Virus record (IMG/VR): IMGVR_UViG_3300028640_000004
Span: 28,200 to 92,199 of that record
DNA length: 64,000 nucleotides
Strand: one strand, 5' to 3'
DNA from: a virus
Taxonomy: Duplodnaviria > Caudoviricetes
A program made the translations under genes and the position numbers. This document shows positions 32,048-41,546 of this stretch, one piece after another (position 1 is the first letter of the stretch; each line of letters begins with the position of its first letter). The notes under the pieces were generated by a model. That model ran no database searches. It was not told the DNA's origin and saw only the letters and a program-made list of their open reading frames with translations.

Positions 32048-32308
32048 ATGGAACAACTAGATGTCATAGTAAACATCATCTCCAATTTTGGGTTCCCTAT
32101 CTTTTTGTCTTGTTGGTTGCTTATCAAAACCGAAAGCTCTCTTGTTAGGATAGCAAGTAATGTAAAGGAAATGCAGGATATATTAGCTTCATGTAAAGAT
32201 AGCTCAACAAGAGTTGAATCTAAAATAGAGAATATGGAGAACATGTTAAGTAGATTAGAAACCAAAATAGAAATATCAAATGCAAGATCTAATAATAGAA
32301 ATAATTAA
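32048..32308 (+). CDS. YvrJ-like / holin-like membrane protein
   Basis: ISNFGFPIFLSCWLL TM segment followed by coiled coil. Confidence 0.55.
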   Translation: MEQLDVIVNIISNFGFPIFLSCWLLIKTESSLVRIASNVKEMQDILASCKDSSTRVESKIENMENMLSRLETKIEISNARSNNRNN

Positions 32309-32609
32309 AAGCGAGCAGTCCATAAGAGTATTGGGCTTAATAACTACGTCAGGTATATTTATTAGTCCATTCTTTTATAATGGAGACTATAGCAAGCCAA
32401 TAAGAGCGGTTGTTATTTCGTTAACTGCATTTATATGCGCCGCATTATTGTTTAATGATAACACAATAGCAGGACTATACCCTACTATTAAACTAGCACT
32501 AGTGCTAATATTCCTCATAGTGGGATTATATATGGGGGTGTTTATATATAACGTGACACATGGTTATTGTAAGTGTCACTGGTTAAAAACTTTATTTAGT
32601 AAACTATGA
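32280..32609 (+). CDS. Three-TM membrane protein
   Basis: Three hydrophobic segments. Confidence 0.5.
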   Translation: MQDLIIEIIKSEQSIRVLGLITTSGIFISPFFYNGDYSKPIRAVVISLTAFICAALLFNDNTIAGLYPTIKLALVLIFLIVGLYMGVFIYNVTHGYCKCHWLKTLFSKL

Positions 32610-33541
32610 TAGGAAATAGCCTCATAGGATCAATGATAATAGGTAGCTCTTATGCTAATACTTTAAAGTATTATGAAGCAATAGCTACCACACACTTATT
32701 GGAAGCTGTGAGGAACAGAGGCCTGTCTTTGAGTTCGTTCTTAGAAGGAACATTAAAAGAAGTATTAGCTACTAACACCATCCTAGAGGCCACAGACATG
32801 GGGGTCTTTGCTACTTATACAGGCCTAGAAGGAGTCGACATGGAAGTAATTGGAGTAACAACAGAGTTAGATTATGAAAAGATAGCAGGACAAATAGCAG
32901 CATTAACAGATGCTTATAGGGATTATGATATTGATATACTAGGACTTAAGAGTTCTTTGGAAAAAGATATAGCACATAGACTAGCTTTCTTATCTACACT
33001 AGAAACTGCTGATCTAGTTAATATAGCAGCAGACACTTTAATAGAAGCAGTTAAGACTAAGGGATTTGTTACATGCGCGCGATTAGAGAAGACTAATGCA
33101 GTAAGAAGATTCTCTATACAGACACTATTAGAAACAAAAGACGAAAGACTATTAGGACTATCTACCGAATTAGATTACTTAGTAATAGAAACATTAGCTG
33201 CTAATGTAATACTAGAAGCAGATAGGAGAAGACTTATCGGATTAATAACTGCCTTGGAAAAGATAGATGGCCAAGTATTAGGACTGAACATCTTAACAGA
33301 AGCTACAGGAAAGGTTACATTAGCTATAGAAAGCATATTAGAGGGAACAAGCACAAAGACATTTGGGTTATATACTAAGATAACTGGAGATGAGATATTC
33401 CCATTCGGTATGACCATAGAACTTAATAGGGGAATATTTGGATACTTCGATATACAACCTATGGATATAGAACACCTTGATCATCCGTTTGATTCTGACA
33501 CGTTATCATCACCAATGTCTTTAGATGCTGATTCGTTTTAA
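32606..33541 (+). CDS. Repetitive putative structural protein
   Basis: Degenerate short repeats (...L.T.LE); starts MIGNSLIGSMIIG. Confidence 0.5.
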   Translation: MIGNSLIGSMIIGSSYANTLKYYEAIATTHLLEAVRNRGLSLSSFLEGTLKEVLATNTILEATDMGVFATYTGLEGVDMEVIGVTTELDYEKIAGQIAALTDAYRDYDIDILGLKSSLEKDIAHRLAFLSTLETADLVNIAADTLIEAVKTKGFVTCARLEKTNAVRRFSIQTLLETKDERLLGLSTELDYLVIETLAANVILEADRRRLIGLITALEKIDGQVLGLNILTEATGKVTLAIESILEGTSTKTFGLYTKITGDEIFPFGMTIELNRGIFGYFDIQPMDIEHLDHPFDSDTLSSPMSLDADSF

Positions 33542-33568
33542 TTTTAAAAAATAAATAAAAATAAAGAT

Positions 33569-33871
33569 ATGTTACATACAACGAAATCAATGCAACTTGG
33601 TAATACTACATACTTAGAATGTACATTCTATAGTATGAATGGACTACCAACTGATCCGAGCGGGACACCTACTTATACGATATATAAAGAATCTGGAGTA
33701 GTAGCTACTTCTGGTAACCTAGTAAAAAGAAGAGATGGGCAATGGGGAACGTATTATACCCCTTCCGAGATAGGAGAATATAGTATAGAATATAGAGGAG
33801 AAGTAGAATCAAAGGTCGCAATAATTAAGAGTAATTTCAAAGTGGTCTCAGACATGAGAGCACGATCATAA
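33569..33871 (+). CDS. Ig-like small structural protein
   Basis: G.W.TYYTP...GEY.IEY.G beta-sandwich pattern. Confidence 0.5.
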   Translation: MLHTTKSMQLGNTTYLECTFYSMNGLPTDPSGTPTYTIYKESGVVATSGNLVKRRDGQWGTYYTPSEIGEYSIEYRGEVESKVAIIKSNFKVVSDMRARS

Positions 33872-33873
33872 AC

Positions 33874-34137
33874 ATGATTGAATTAATAGATATACTTAAT
33901 ATAGCTGTCGTTGGAAGTGCAGTCTCTCTCTTTATAGAATACATAAAGAATAAGACTGGCAACAATCCTTTCTACATAAAGCTATTCACAATAATCTTAT
34001 CTATTATATTAGGAGCAGTATATTACTTTTACTCTGGTACTGAACTCTTTATAAGTATCATAGGAGTATTAAGCGCAGCTTCTACTATATGGGCATTGAT
34101 TATTAAAGGATCCGGCTTGTTTGAAGGTGCTGAATAA
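33874..34137 (+). CDS. Putative holin
   Basis: 87 aa, three TM segments, at the end of the structural operon. Confidence 0.6.
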   Translation: MIELIDILNIAVVGSAVSLFIEYIKNKTGNNPFYIKLFTIILSIILGAVYYFYSGTELFISIIGVLSAASTIWALIIKGSGLFEGAE

Positions 34138-34253
34138 ACGAAGATATCTTCGCTTTTGTGCATAACTCTATTTACAAATACAAGTAAATATATTATACAT
34201 ACTACTAAGGTTCGATACTGATCTCATTGAATCAAGGTATAAAGAAGCGCTCA

Positions 34254-34290
34254 CCTCCCTGTATCCAATTTGGTAGGGAGGTTTTTGTTT
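34254..34290 (+). terminator. Intrinsic terminator at the end of the late module
   Basis: CCTCCCT...AGGGAGG-TTTTTGTTT. Confidence 0.65.
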
Positions 34291-34340
34291 ATATAATAAG
34301 TATATATTAGTATAGATTAGTATAGATTATACCTATTCAT

Positions 34341-34375
34341 GGGTACTTGACTTATATATATAACAGTGATAATAT
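34341..34375 (+). promoter_or_regulatory. Promoter of the replication module (leaderless first gene)
   Basis: GGGTAC-TTGACT-17-TAATAT with TG extended -10; ATG at 34382. Confidence 0.7.
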
Positions 34376-34381
34376 AGGTAT

Positions 34382-34711
34382 ATGAAAGTTGCAGATACTA
34401 TAGTTTCATTTAAATGGCTTAGATCGAATGACAATGGCTTAGTAATGATAGATTCATTCTATAAGGCCGGACTCAGACCGACTAAGATGTATATAGGTGA
34501 GGCTATACAAGTAGGTCGAGAAGTTAGAATAATTAGACCAGGAACCAAGTTCTTTGTAGGAGAGTATGATATAAAGAACTTTGAGAATAAGTGGGAAGAA
34601 GACAAGATTTATTTCATAGAAGAGAAGGATATTGCCATAGTCTTATTAGAAGACTTCAAAAAAGAGATCAGGATAATACCTTCAGAGGAATGGAATAATG
34701 TAAAGAATTAA
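34382..34711 (+). CDS. Hypothetical protein
   Basis: 109-aa ORF directly after the promoter. Confidence 0.6.
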   Translation: MKVADTIVSFKWLRSNDNGLVMIDSFYKAGLRPTKMYIGEAIQVGREVRIIRPGTKFFVGEYDIKNFENKWEEDKIYFIEEKDIAIVLLEDFKKEIRIIPSEEWNNVKN

Positions 34712-34713
34712 TT

Positions 34714-34956
34714 ATGGATAATAATACAGATGCGTTTAAGGCTTTAGTGTTAGTAGGAAAAGCCTTTGCACCTTTAACAGAAGATGAGAAGAACATTCTG
34801 TTAAAGCGATATGGATTCCTTGGCGATAAGATAACTCTTGAAGCAATAGGTAAAGAGCTTGATGTTACCAAGGAGAGGGTTAGACAGAAACAAGAAAGAG
34901 CAATAGATAAATTTAATATTGCATATAATGCACTTACTAAGAACAACGAAGTATAA
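34714..34956 (+). CDS. Sigma70 region-4-like HTH protein
   Basis: LTEDEKNIL.KRYG.....TLEAIGKELDVTKERVRQKQERA. Confidence 0.8.
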   Translation: MDNNTDAFKALVLVGKAFAPLTEDEKNILLKRYGFLGDKITLEAIGKELDVTKERVRQKQERAIDKFNIAYNALTKNNEV

Positions 34957-35731
34957 TACAGTTGATGAAGCCCTATTAGATCACTTCAAGTCAGAACAAG
35001 AAAAGCAAAGGCTTATTAGAAAAGATAGAAAGCCTGAGGATACTTACTGGAGTCCATCATCTATGGGGTTATGTAAGAGGTCTCATTACTTTAAAAGAAT
35101 GAGCTATGCAGAAAATGATAGAGAAGATAGAGATAACTTTGTAACAGAGCTTGGCAATATGACACATGAGTATGTGGCAAAAGCTTGCTCAGAGTGTGGG
35201 ATACTAATATGTTCTGAGAAGACTATAGTAGATGAAGAGACCAAATTAAGAGGAAGATTCGATAACTTAGTTCGTTTAGCCAGGGGCATCGCGATGGTCG
35301 ATGTTAAATCGCAAAGGCCAGAGGCATTCTTTAAACGAGCTAAGGACACAGATAAAGTAAAGCCACACCAAAAAGTACAGTTAGCTTGTTATGATTATCT
35401 AGCTAATAAGTTTCTACCACACATTTTTCCAGAGTTAGTTAATCCAGAAACTGGGAAGGTAGTAGATTACTCTGTCATATATTATGTTGATAGAGGAGGC
35501 GGATGTCGTGATGAGATACCTTTAAAGTTTAGTGACGGCTTTATAAAGAAGAATGTATTAGGAGAGTTAGAGGTGCTTAACAATCACTTCAATAATAAAA
35601 CAATTCCACCTGCTGAAGCTTGGGGTACATGGCAATGTAAGTACTGTAATTACAAAGATACATGTGCATCTCTAAGAAATAAGCAAAAGGAATTAACTAA
35701 GGCATCGTCTTTAAAGACAAAGCCAAAATAA
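34919..35731 (+). CDS. Cas4-like PD-(D/E)XK exonuclease with Fe-S cysteines
   Basis: SPSSMGLCKR, GRFD...DVKS, Q...Y, CKYCNYKDTC. Confidence 0.8.
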   Translation: MHIMHLLRTTKYNTVDEALLDHFKSEQEKQRLIRKDRKPEDTYWSPSSMGLCKRSHYFKRMSYAENDREDRDNFVTELGNMTHEYVAKACSECGILICSEKTIVDEETKLRGRFDNLVRLARGIAMVDVKSQRPEAFFKRAKDTDKVKPHQKVQLACYDYLANKFLPHIFPELVNPETGKVVDYSVIYYVDRGGGCRDEIPLKFSDGFIKKNVLGELEVLNNHFNNKTIPPAEAWGTWQCKYCNYKDTCASLRNKQKELTKASSLKTKPK

Positions 35732-35739
35732 AAACACAC

Positions 35740-36300
35740 ATGAAATTAAACGAATACGAACCAAAAGAATCACTAGGTTACTTTAAACCACAACCAGGAG
35801 CAAATAAGTTAAGGATTGTTTCAGAGATCCATGATTTCGGATCACACTTCAGTAAGAGATTCAATAAGAGTTTCATCTGTCCAGGTGATGATACTTGTAT
35901 CTTCTGTAAAGATCCAGCTGAAGAGAAGCCAAAGCTTAGATATATGACATGGGTAATTGATAGGACTGATGGAGAAATAAAGCTTTACGAGTTCGGTCAT
36001 TCAATCTTCAAGCAGTTAGTTGCTCTAGCAAAAGATCCAGACTATGCTTTCGAATACACCCCAGACTATGATATTACTATTACTAGATCTGGTAGTGGTA
36101 TGGATACTGAGTATTCAGTAGTGGCTGCTAGGTCTAATACCCCATTAACCGAAGAAGAGAAGACTAAGATTGAAGAGAATCCTAGCATTGGAGAAATCTT
36201 AGCTAAAAGACTTGAAGCACTTAAAGATGTAGAGACTGAGTTCTCTCCTAGTTTCAAAGAGCAACTGGATGAATTAGAGGTTCCAACAGTTGAAGAATAA
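35740..36300 (+). CDS. gp32-like single-stranded DNA-binding protein
   Basis: C....CIFC, VIDR.DG, DYDITITRSG.G..TEY, acidic tail. Confidence 0.7.
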   Translation: MKLNEYEPKESLGYFKPQPGANKLRIVSEIHDFGSHFSKRFNKSFICPGDDTCIFCKDPAEEKPKLRYMTWVIDRTDGEIKLYEFGHSIFKQLVALAKDPDYAFEYTPDYDITITRSGSGMDTEYSVVAARSNTPLTEEEKTKIEENPSIGEILAKRLEALKDVETEFSPSFKEQLDELEVPTVEE

Positions 36301-36341
36301 TAATTGGGAGGATTAATTTCCTCCCTTTGTCTTAAATCAAT

Positions 36342-36944
36342 ATGGATAATACAAGCATTCTAAAACAAAATGAAACAGCTGAGGTCCATGCAGAGCTTAA
36401 AGCAGAACTTAGGAACAGCTTACTAATGGGTCAACTTAGCTTTCTAAATGCAGGTAAGTTACTTACAGAGATTAAGAAGAAGAGAACATTTCTAGCAGAG
36501 CGCCATGATATGACAGGGACTTGGACTGATTTCATAAGAAGTACAGAGCTACCAATACCAGGAGATACATTAAGTTCTAAGATTAGAACAGCGCAAGTAT
36601 TAATGAAAGTGTATGATTTCTTTATTGCATCTGGTACGGTTGATTATAGTAACGAGACATTTGCAGAGATAGGCTATTCTAAGCTAAACTTAATTATATC
36701 CCCTATTACATCTAAGCCAGAAGAGGCACAGGAATGGATAGAGAGGGCAAAGGAAATGTCTTATAAAGAGCTTCAGTTAGCTATTAAGAATAATGGCTTA
36801 ACAATAGAAGAAGAGGCGGATTGTAAGCATGACAATATAAAAAAAGTAAGCTTCTGGAAATGTGAAGATTGTGGTCAAATCTTCCATGAGGATCCTAATT
36901 CCTCTGATGCAGAAGAATTAAATACAAGCCAATATGACAATTAA
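36342..36944 (+). CDS. Hypothetical helical protein with C-terminal Zn ribbon
   Basis: CKH...CEDCG. Confidence 0.55.
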   Translation: MDNTSILKQNETAEVHAELKAELRNSLLMGQLSFLNAGKLLTEIKKKRTFLAERHDMTGTWTDFIRSTELPIPGDTLSSKIRTAQVLMKVYDFFIASGTVDYSNETFAEIGYSKLNLIISPITSKPEEAQEWIERAKEMSYKELQLAIKNNGLTIEEEADCKHDNIKKVSFWKCEDCGQIFHEDPNSSDAEELNTSQYDN

Positions 36945-37182
36945 AGTTTTAACATCACCATCTTGCCATGTGTGTAAGAGTCTTAAAGATTATCTTAAGA
37001 TGAACAATATTCCATTTGAGGAAATAGATGTTACAGAAAATGTAGTAGAGAGAGATGCAATGGAAGTAATGACATTACCTCAGGTTAAAGTAGAGGGAAG
37101 AGAAACAATCATTAGTTTTAATAAAAGTAAGATTGATGAACTGATTAAGGATTATGAAGATCTTAATAAAGGCAGTAACTAA
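36934..37182 (+). CDS. Glutaredoxin/NrdH-like redoxin
   Basis: CHVC, IPFEEIDV, TLP. Confidence 0.8.
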   Translation: MTIKVLTSPSCHVCKSLKDYLKMNNIPFEEIDVTENVVERDAMEVMTLPQVKVEGRETIISFNKSKIDELIKDYEDLNKGSN

Positions 37183-37408
37183 GGAAGACTTTAAGAAGAT
37201 AATCGATCATGCTGCTAAGTTCAAGATATTCTCTATAATGAATAGGAAGATTCCATTAGATTATTGGACTGACAATGAATCAGATACCGTTGTAGTTATA
37301 GAAGACGATGTTATCTCTTATGGAAAATCGAGGAAGAATGACGAATATGTAGATATAAACACATTCCTAAAAACTAATTATGGCAATACAAAAGAAACCA
37401 GAAAATAA
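37154..37408 (+). CDS. Hypothetical protein
   Basis: 84-aa ORF overlapping its neighbours. Confidence 0.5.
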   Translation: MKILIKAVTKEDFKKIIDHAAKFKIFSIMNRKIPLDYWTDNESDTVVVIEDDVISYGKSRKNDEYVDINTFLKTNYGNTKETRK

Positions 37409-38393
37409 AACTATTGAAGAAACAATAGCAAGTATACAAGATAAGTTTGGAATAGGTTCTATAATGAGATTGGATAGTGATTCTCATCTAGAGATAGAAT
37501 CAATTCCAACAGGATCTATTAAGATAGATAATATACTTGGGGTTGGTGGAGTTCCAAAAGGTAGAATCATTGAAATATATGGAGGCCCTAGTTGTGGAAA
37601 GACTTCACTTGCATTACATGTAATACAGCAAACACAAAGTCTGGGTGGAATAGCGGCTATTGTAGATACAGAACATGCTCTTGATAAGACGTATGCAGAA
37701 AAATTAGGAGTTGATCTACATAACTTATTGATTGCGCAGCCAGATACAGCTGAACAAGCCCTACAGATAGTAGAGCAATTAGTAAGAGATGGTAATGTAT
37801 CAGTAGTAGTATTAGATTCTGTAGCGGCTTTATTACCAAGAGCAGAGTCTATTGGAGAGATAGGAGAAACACAGATAGGATTACAAGCTAGATTAATGAG
37901 TTCAGCTCTTAGAAAGTTAGTTGGCATCATATCCAAGTCTAATACTGTAGCTATATTTATTAATCAGACTAGGGCAAATATCTCAACTGGACCATTTAGC
38001 TTCGGACCAAAAAGTACTACTTCGGGAGGAAACGCTTTAGCTTTCTATAGCTCAGTAAGAATAGAACTAATAAGAACACAGAACATTAAAGCAGGTGATG
38101 AGATAGTTGGATCAAGAGTAAAAGTAAAAACAGTTAAGAATAAAGTAGCGGCTCCTTATAAGGAATGTGAGGTGGATATATATTATGGAGAAGGAATTTC
38201 AAAGGGGCACGAGCTACTTGAAATCGCTATTAAATTAGGTATAATAGTAACAAAGGGTGCCTGGTATTACTATGGAGATATGTCAATCGGACATGGTTCC
38301 AATGAGGCAAAACAATGGTTATCAAACAACGAACAAGTTAAGGAGGAAATCAAAGAAGCAATAATAAATAAGAATAAACCTAAAAATGAATAG
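37380..38393 (+). CDS. recA: Recombinase RecA
   Basis: GGVPKGRIIEIYG..SCGKTS, DSVAAL, QARLMS, IFINQ, GGNALAFYSSVR. Confidence 0.97.
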   Translation: MAIQKKPENKTIEETIASIQDKFGIGSIMRLDSDSHLEIESIPTGSIKIDNILGVGGVPKGRIIEIYGGPSCGKTSLALHVIQQTQSLGGIAAIVDTEHALDKTYAEKLGVDLHNLLIAQPDTAEQALQIVEQLVRDGNVSVVVLDSVAALLPRAESIGEIGETQIGLQARLMSSALRKLVGIISKSNTVAIFINQTRANISTGPFSFGPKSTTSGGNALAFYSSVRIELIRTQNIKAGDEIVGSRVKVKTVKNKVAAPYKECEVDIYYGEGISKGHELLEIAIKLGIIVTKGAWYYYGDMSIGHGSNEAKQWLSNNEQVKEEIKEAIINKNKPKNE

Positions 38394-38577
38394 AATACTT
38401 TCATTTAATTTAGAAGATGCTTTTGAAGAAGACTACGAGGATATAGATGAAGAAGAGGAAGAGTATGACGATGAGGATGAAGAAGAGGAAGAGTATGACG
38501 ATGAGGATGAAGAAGAGGAAGAGTATGACGATGAGGATGAAGACTTGTTTGGCGATGAAGATGACGAAGATGAATAG
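38386..38577 (+). CDS. Highly acidic small protein (possible DNA mimic)
   Basis: Mostly D/E; contains a 30-nt unit repeated three times. Confidence 0.55.
   Translation: MNRILSFNLEDAFEEDYEDIDEEEEEYDDEDEEEEEYDDEDEEEEEYDDEDEDLFGDEDDEDE
38446..38535 (+). repeat. 3 x 30-nt tandem repeat (DEEEEEYDDE)
   Basis: GATGAAGAAGAGGAAGAGTATGACGATGAG x3. Confidence 0.9.
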
Positions 38578-38636
38578 ATTATTAATGACAATTAAATAAT
38601 GACACTAGGGGATTTTTAGGTCCCCTTTTCTATAGA

Positions 38637-39131
38637 ATGAATGCAGATGTAATAAGCAGAGAAAAATCTTCGAACGGAAGATACAGAGTCTTAATCAGAT
38701 GCCTTTACTGTGGCAAAGAGAGGTGGGTTAAAGAATCAATCATCTCTAAAGGTAATGGTAAGTTCTGCTGTCCTCAATGTAGCAATTCATATAGAAAAGA
38801 ACATAATAGTGAGTACAACAAGCCTAAAGTAATCGCCAACAAATGTATTAATTGCGGTATAAGCTTATGTAATGAACATCATGGATTATATAGTATCTGT
38901 TATACTATGTATCATGAAGGATCTAATATGTGTTACGTATGCCAGATAAAGCAATTAATAAAAGAGTGTCATGAAGAAGAGGCGCTTTTATTAACACAAG
39001 AGTTTAAAGACAACGGACTACGAACTCTTGATATTAAGATGCAAATAGAAATATTAAATAGATTATGGAATTATCAAATAGATTTCCGGACGAAGTATTT
39101 AGATACTGGGTCGGATGGACAATTGACTTAA
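38637..39131 (+). CDS. Multi-Zn-finger protein
   Basis: CLYCG...KFCCPQC, CINC, CYVC. Confidence 0.6.
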   Translation: MNADVISREKSSNGRYRVLIRCLYCGKERWVKESIISKGNGKFCCPQCSNSYRKEHNSEYNKPKVIANKCINCGISLCNEHHGLYSICYTMYHEGSNMCYVCQIKQLIKECHEEEALLLTQEFKDNGLRTLDIKMQIEILNRLWNYQIDFRTKYLDTGSDGQLT

Positions 39132-39526
39132 GCAATTTAAAACATAGAGGCTGCGATGCATTACATCATATCATAAGTCCAGGAAGCAATAGGTATAAGG
39201 AAGGTAAGTTCAATGAAAGCATATTCAATAGTTGCCCTATAGATAATTTAAAGCATCATATTGGTCAAGCTATGCATAATAAAGATAAGGAAGATATGTT
39301 ACTGGATAGAGTTATGATCGTTTTAGTAGATAAAGAGTACGAATTAAAAAGAGTAGATATTGATTTTTTAAACGAATATGAACTCTTCGAGAGATACATC
39401 AAAACAAGAGAAGACAAACGACTCCACTGTCTTGGTAGAAAAAAAGAAAAAGAAAATAAACACATATGCCAAGGGACAGAGGAGCAAGGCAAAAACGAGG
39501 AAGTACTTCGAAGCCAGGGGATATAA
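39065..39526 (+). CDS. Possible HNH-like nuclease
   Basis: ALHHI...NSCPI...HH pattern. Confidence 0.35.
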   Translation: MELSNRFPDEVFRYWVGWTIDLSNLKHRGCDALHHIISPGSNRYKEGKFNESIFNSCPIDNLKHHIGQAMHNKDKEDMLLDRVMIVLVDKEYELKRVDIDFLNEYELFERYIKTREDKRLHCLGRKKEKENKHICQGTEEQGKNEEVLRSQGI

Positions 39527-39767
39527 ATGTGAGTACTCTGAGTTCTTTGTAAGTAGGGGAAAAGTAAAGATCAAGAAAGACCTTTTCTTTAGTGATATGA
39601 TTGCAGTAAGAAAAGACCGTATATTATTCATACAGATAAAGTCGAATAAAAAACACATAAGCTCTGCTATAAAAGAATTTGAGGGTTTTGAAATTCCATC
39701 AAACTCTTATAAGATAGTAGTAACATGGGAGGACAGAGCTAAGAAACCTATAATAAGAAAAGCATGA
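39378..39767 (+). CDS. Hjc-like PD-(D/E)XK Holliday junction resolvase
   Basis: KG...K.....FE.RGY, DMIAV....LFIQIKSN; true start may be downstream. Confidence 0.7.
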   Translation: MNSSRDTSKQEKTNDSTVLVEKKKKKINTYAKGQRSKAKTRKYFEARGYKCEYSEFFVSRGKVKIKKDLFFSDMIAVRKDRILFIQIKSNKKHISSAIKEFEGFEIPSNSYKIVVTWEDRAKKPIIRKA

Positions 39768-39828
39768 AAAGCTATACAGCAGTACAGGTAATAATATTCA
39801 TAATAATTATCATATTAGTAATAAGTCT

Positions 39829-40098
39829 ATGCCAAAGTTAAAAGTATTAGGGAAGTTCATATTAGCTAAACCGATAGAGATTTCAAAAAAAGAGGTGACT
39901 GGTGGATTCATCCTAACAACAAATACTGATAAGGTTAAAAAGAACTATGGGGTTGTAGAATATATAGGACAGGAAGTTACCTCAGTTAAGATTGGTGATA
40001 CTATCATCTTTGAAACAAAAGAGATCAATCAACTAGAGATCGGTGATGATAGATACTTCCTTATAATAGAAAGTGAAGTAATAGCTATAGATGAATAA
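39829..40098 (+). CDS. groES: Co-chaperonin GroES
   Basis: LKVLG..IL.KP, T.GGFIL, G.V..IG..V..VKIGD.IIF, E.EVIA. Confidence 0.85.
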   Translation: MPKLKVLGKFILAKPIEISKKEVTGGFILTTNTDKVKKNYGVVEYIGQEVTSVKIGDTIIFETKEINQLEIGDDRYFLIIESEVIAIDE

Positions 40099-40300
40099 GA
40101 TAATAACTATAGGATTCTTTGCAGTAGTAGAAGTTGGGTGGGGTCGTAAATTTATTCCATGGAGTGAAGTTAAAAGAGTAATGCCAACTGCTATGCAAAA
40201 AGCCCTGATGGAATTCATTATGGGAAAGAAGATAGAGAAAGCAGGCGTTCCATATAACACGATGAAAGAATTTATTAATAATTATTACAATATTAAATGA
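40091..40300 (+). CDS. Hypothetical protein
   Basis: 69-aa coupled ORF. Confidence 0.5.
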   Translation: MNKIITIGFFAVVEVGWGRKFIPWSEVKRVMPTAMQKALMEFIMGKKIEKAGVPYNTMKEFINNYYNIK

Positions 40301-40587
40301 ACATTATAGAGGATAGAATTATAGCAATATTACTATGCATCATGAGTACATTGTTAGTAGTAATACTCTTCGCTATATATGGACTAGAAAGAGAGTTAAT
40401 TAAACTCACAACAAAAACAACTGAAGAGGTTAAGGCAGTAACAGTTAATGCCTGTACATTAGACGATCTTAATATCGGTAAAGAAATCTCTTACAAGGGA
40501 AGAGTATATAAAATCAACGGAATATCCTTTAATGAATACAAGGGATTAGACGAAATCTCTATCGATATTGAAGGTAAAAAGAACTAG
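40297..40587 (+). CDS. Hypothetical protein with N-terminal TM segment
   Basis: Hydrophobic N-terminus. Confidence 0.5.
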   Translation: MNIIEDRIIAILLCIMSTLLVVILFAIYGLERELIKLTTKTTEEVKAVTVNACTLDDLNIGKEISYKGRVYKINGISFNEYKGLDEISIDIEGKKN

Positions 40588-40608
40588 ACTTTGTGTCTAG
40601 TTTTTTTT
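40582..40608 (+). terminator. Intrinsic terminator
   Basis: AACTAGAC-TTTGT-GTCTAGTT followed by a T run. Confidence 0.65.
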
Positions 40609-40611
40609 AAT

Positions 40612-40655
40612 AGACTAGTTAAAGTATTCGCTGGGAGCATTACCCAGCTAGTCGC
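40612..40655 (+). ncRNA. tRNA minihelix-like element (acceptor stem plus T-arm only)
   Basis: GACTAG/CTAGTC stacked on CTGGG-AGCATTA-CCCAG. Confidence 0.4.
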
Positions 40656-40796
40656 AGCACTGTTTTATCTACCGATTGGTAGGGTGCTAGTTCTTTAACA
40701 AATTAGGTGTTATATGAATCGAGAAGAAATAGAACAAGAGACATCTAAAGTATTGAAAAGTGACTATCCTGTTGAACAAAAAGTGTTTTATCTTGA

Positions 40797-40985
40797 ATGT
40801 GGCATACTGTTACTGGAGAGTATATCATGACTGATGAAATCAATTTTCCTCAAAAGTTAGCAATTGAACAGCAAAGATTGGCAGACCTTGAAACAATGCC
40901 AATGAATGAAAGTGTAGAGATATCTATACGTATGTGTCTTGCAGCTATTGAGTTCTATGAAGAGAGGGTTAGAAAATGGCAATAA
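40797..40985 (+). CDS. Hypothetical protein (likely start at MTDEIN, 40828 region)
   Basis: Short ORF. Confidence 0.4.
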   Translation: MWHTVTGEYIMTDEINFPQKLAIEQQRLADLETMPMNESVEISIRMCLAAIEFYEERVRKWQ

Positions 40986-41242
40986 GCGAAGAGTATGGAA
41001 TATGTCCAGTCTGTCACAAGAAGAAAGCTCTGACTAAACATCATATGTTTAAGAAGGCAATATTCAAAGATGATACACATATTATCCTATTATGTAAGAC
41101 TTGTCATAATCAAGGCCCGTATTGTCTAGAAGAATTGATAAGAGAAAGAGAGAATGATGTACTTAGGAATAAGCCAGAACTTTACACAAAGGCTTTAGCT
41201 GATTACATGAAAGGTGTTAGACCTAAGAAGAAAAGGAGGTGA
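40976..41242 (+). CDS. Small HNH-motif protein
   Basis: CPVC....LTKHH......LLCKTCH. Confidence 0.65.
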   Translation: MAISEEYGICPVCHKKKALTKHHMFKKAIFKDDTHIILLCKTCHNQGPYCLEELIRERENDVLRNKPELYTKALADYMKGVRPKKKRR

Positions 41243-41546
41243 TCATGTCGCAAGAAGAATTGCTTAATAATATGGAACAGCTGATCGAACAAATGAATGA
41301 TAATTGCAAACGTATTAGAGAAGCTCTGAAACGAAACGAGGAAACATTATGTACGAAAACGAACCAATGATCACAAGGATTAATAGACTCATGCAGAAGC
41401 TTGAGGATTGTACTATTACTATCCAATGGATAAGCAATGAGCTTGTACGGATTGTTGAAGAAGAACAGAAGGAACAGAATGATTGGAAATGAGTTATTGG
41501 TGGGACGAATTGATCTACGAAGACGACCCAGAAAGGGTGAGGGCTT

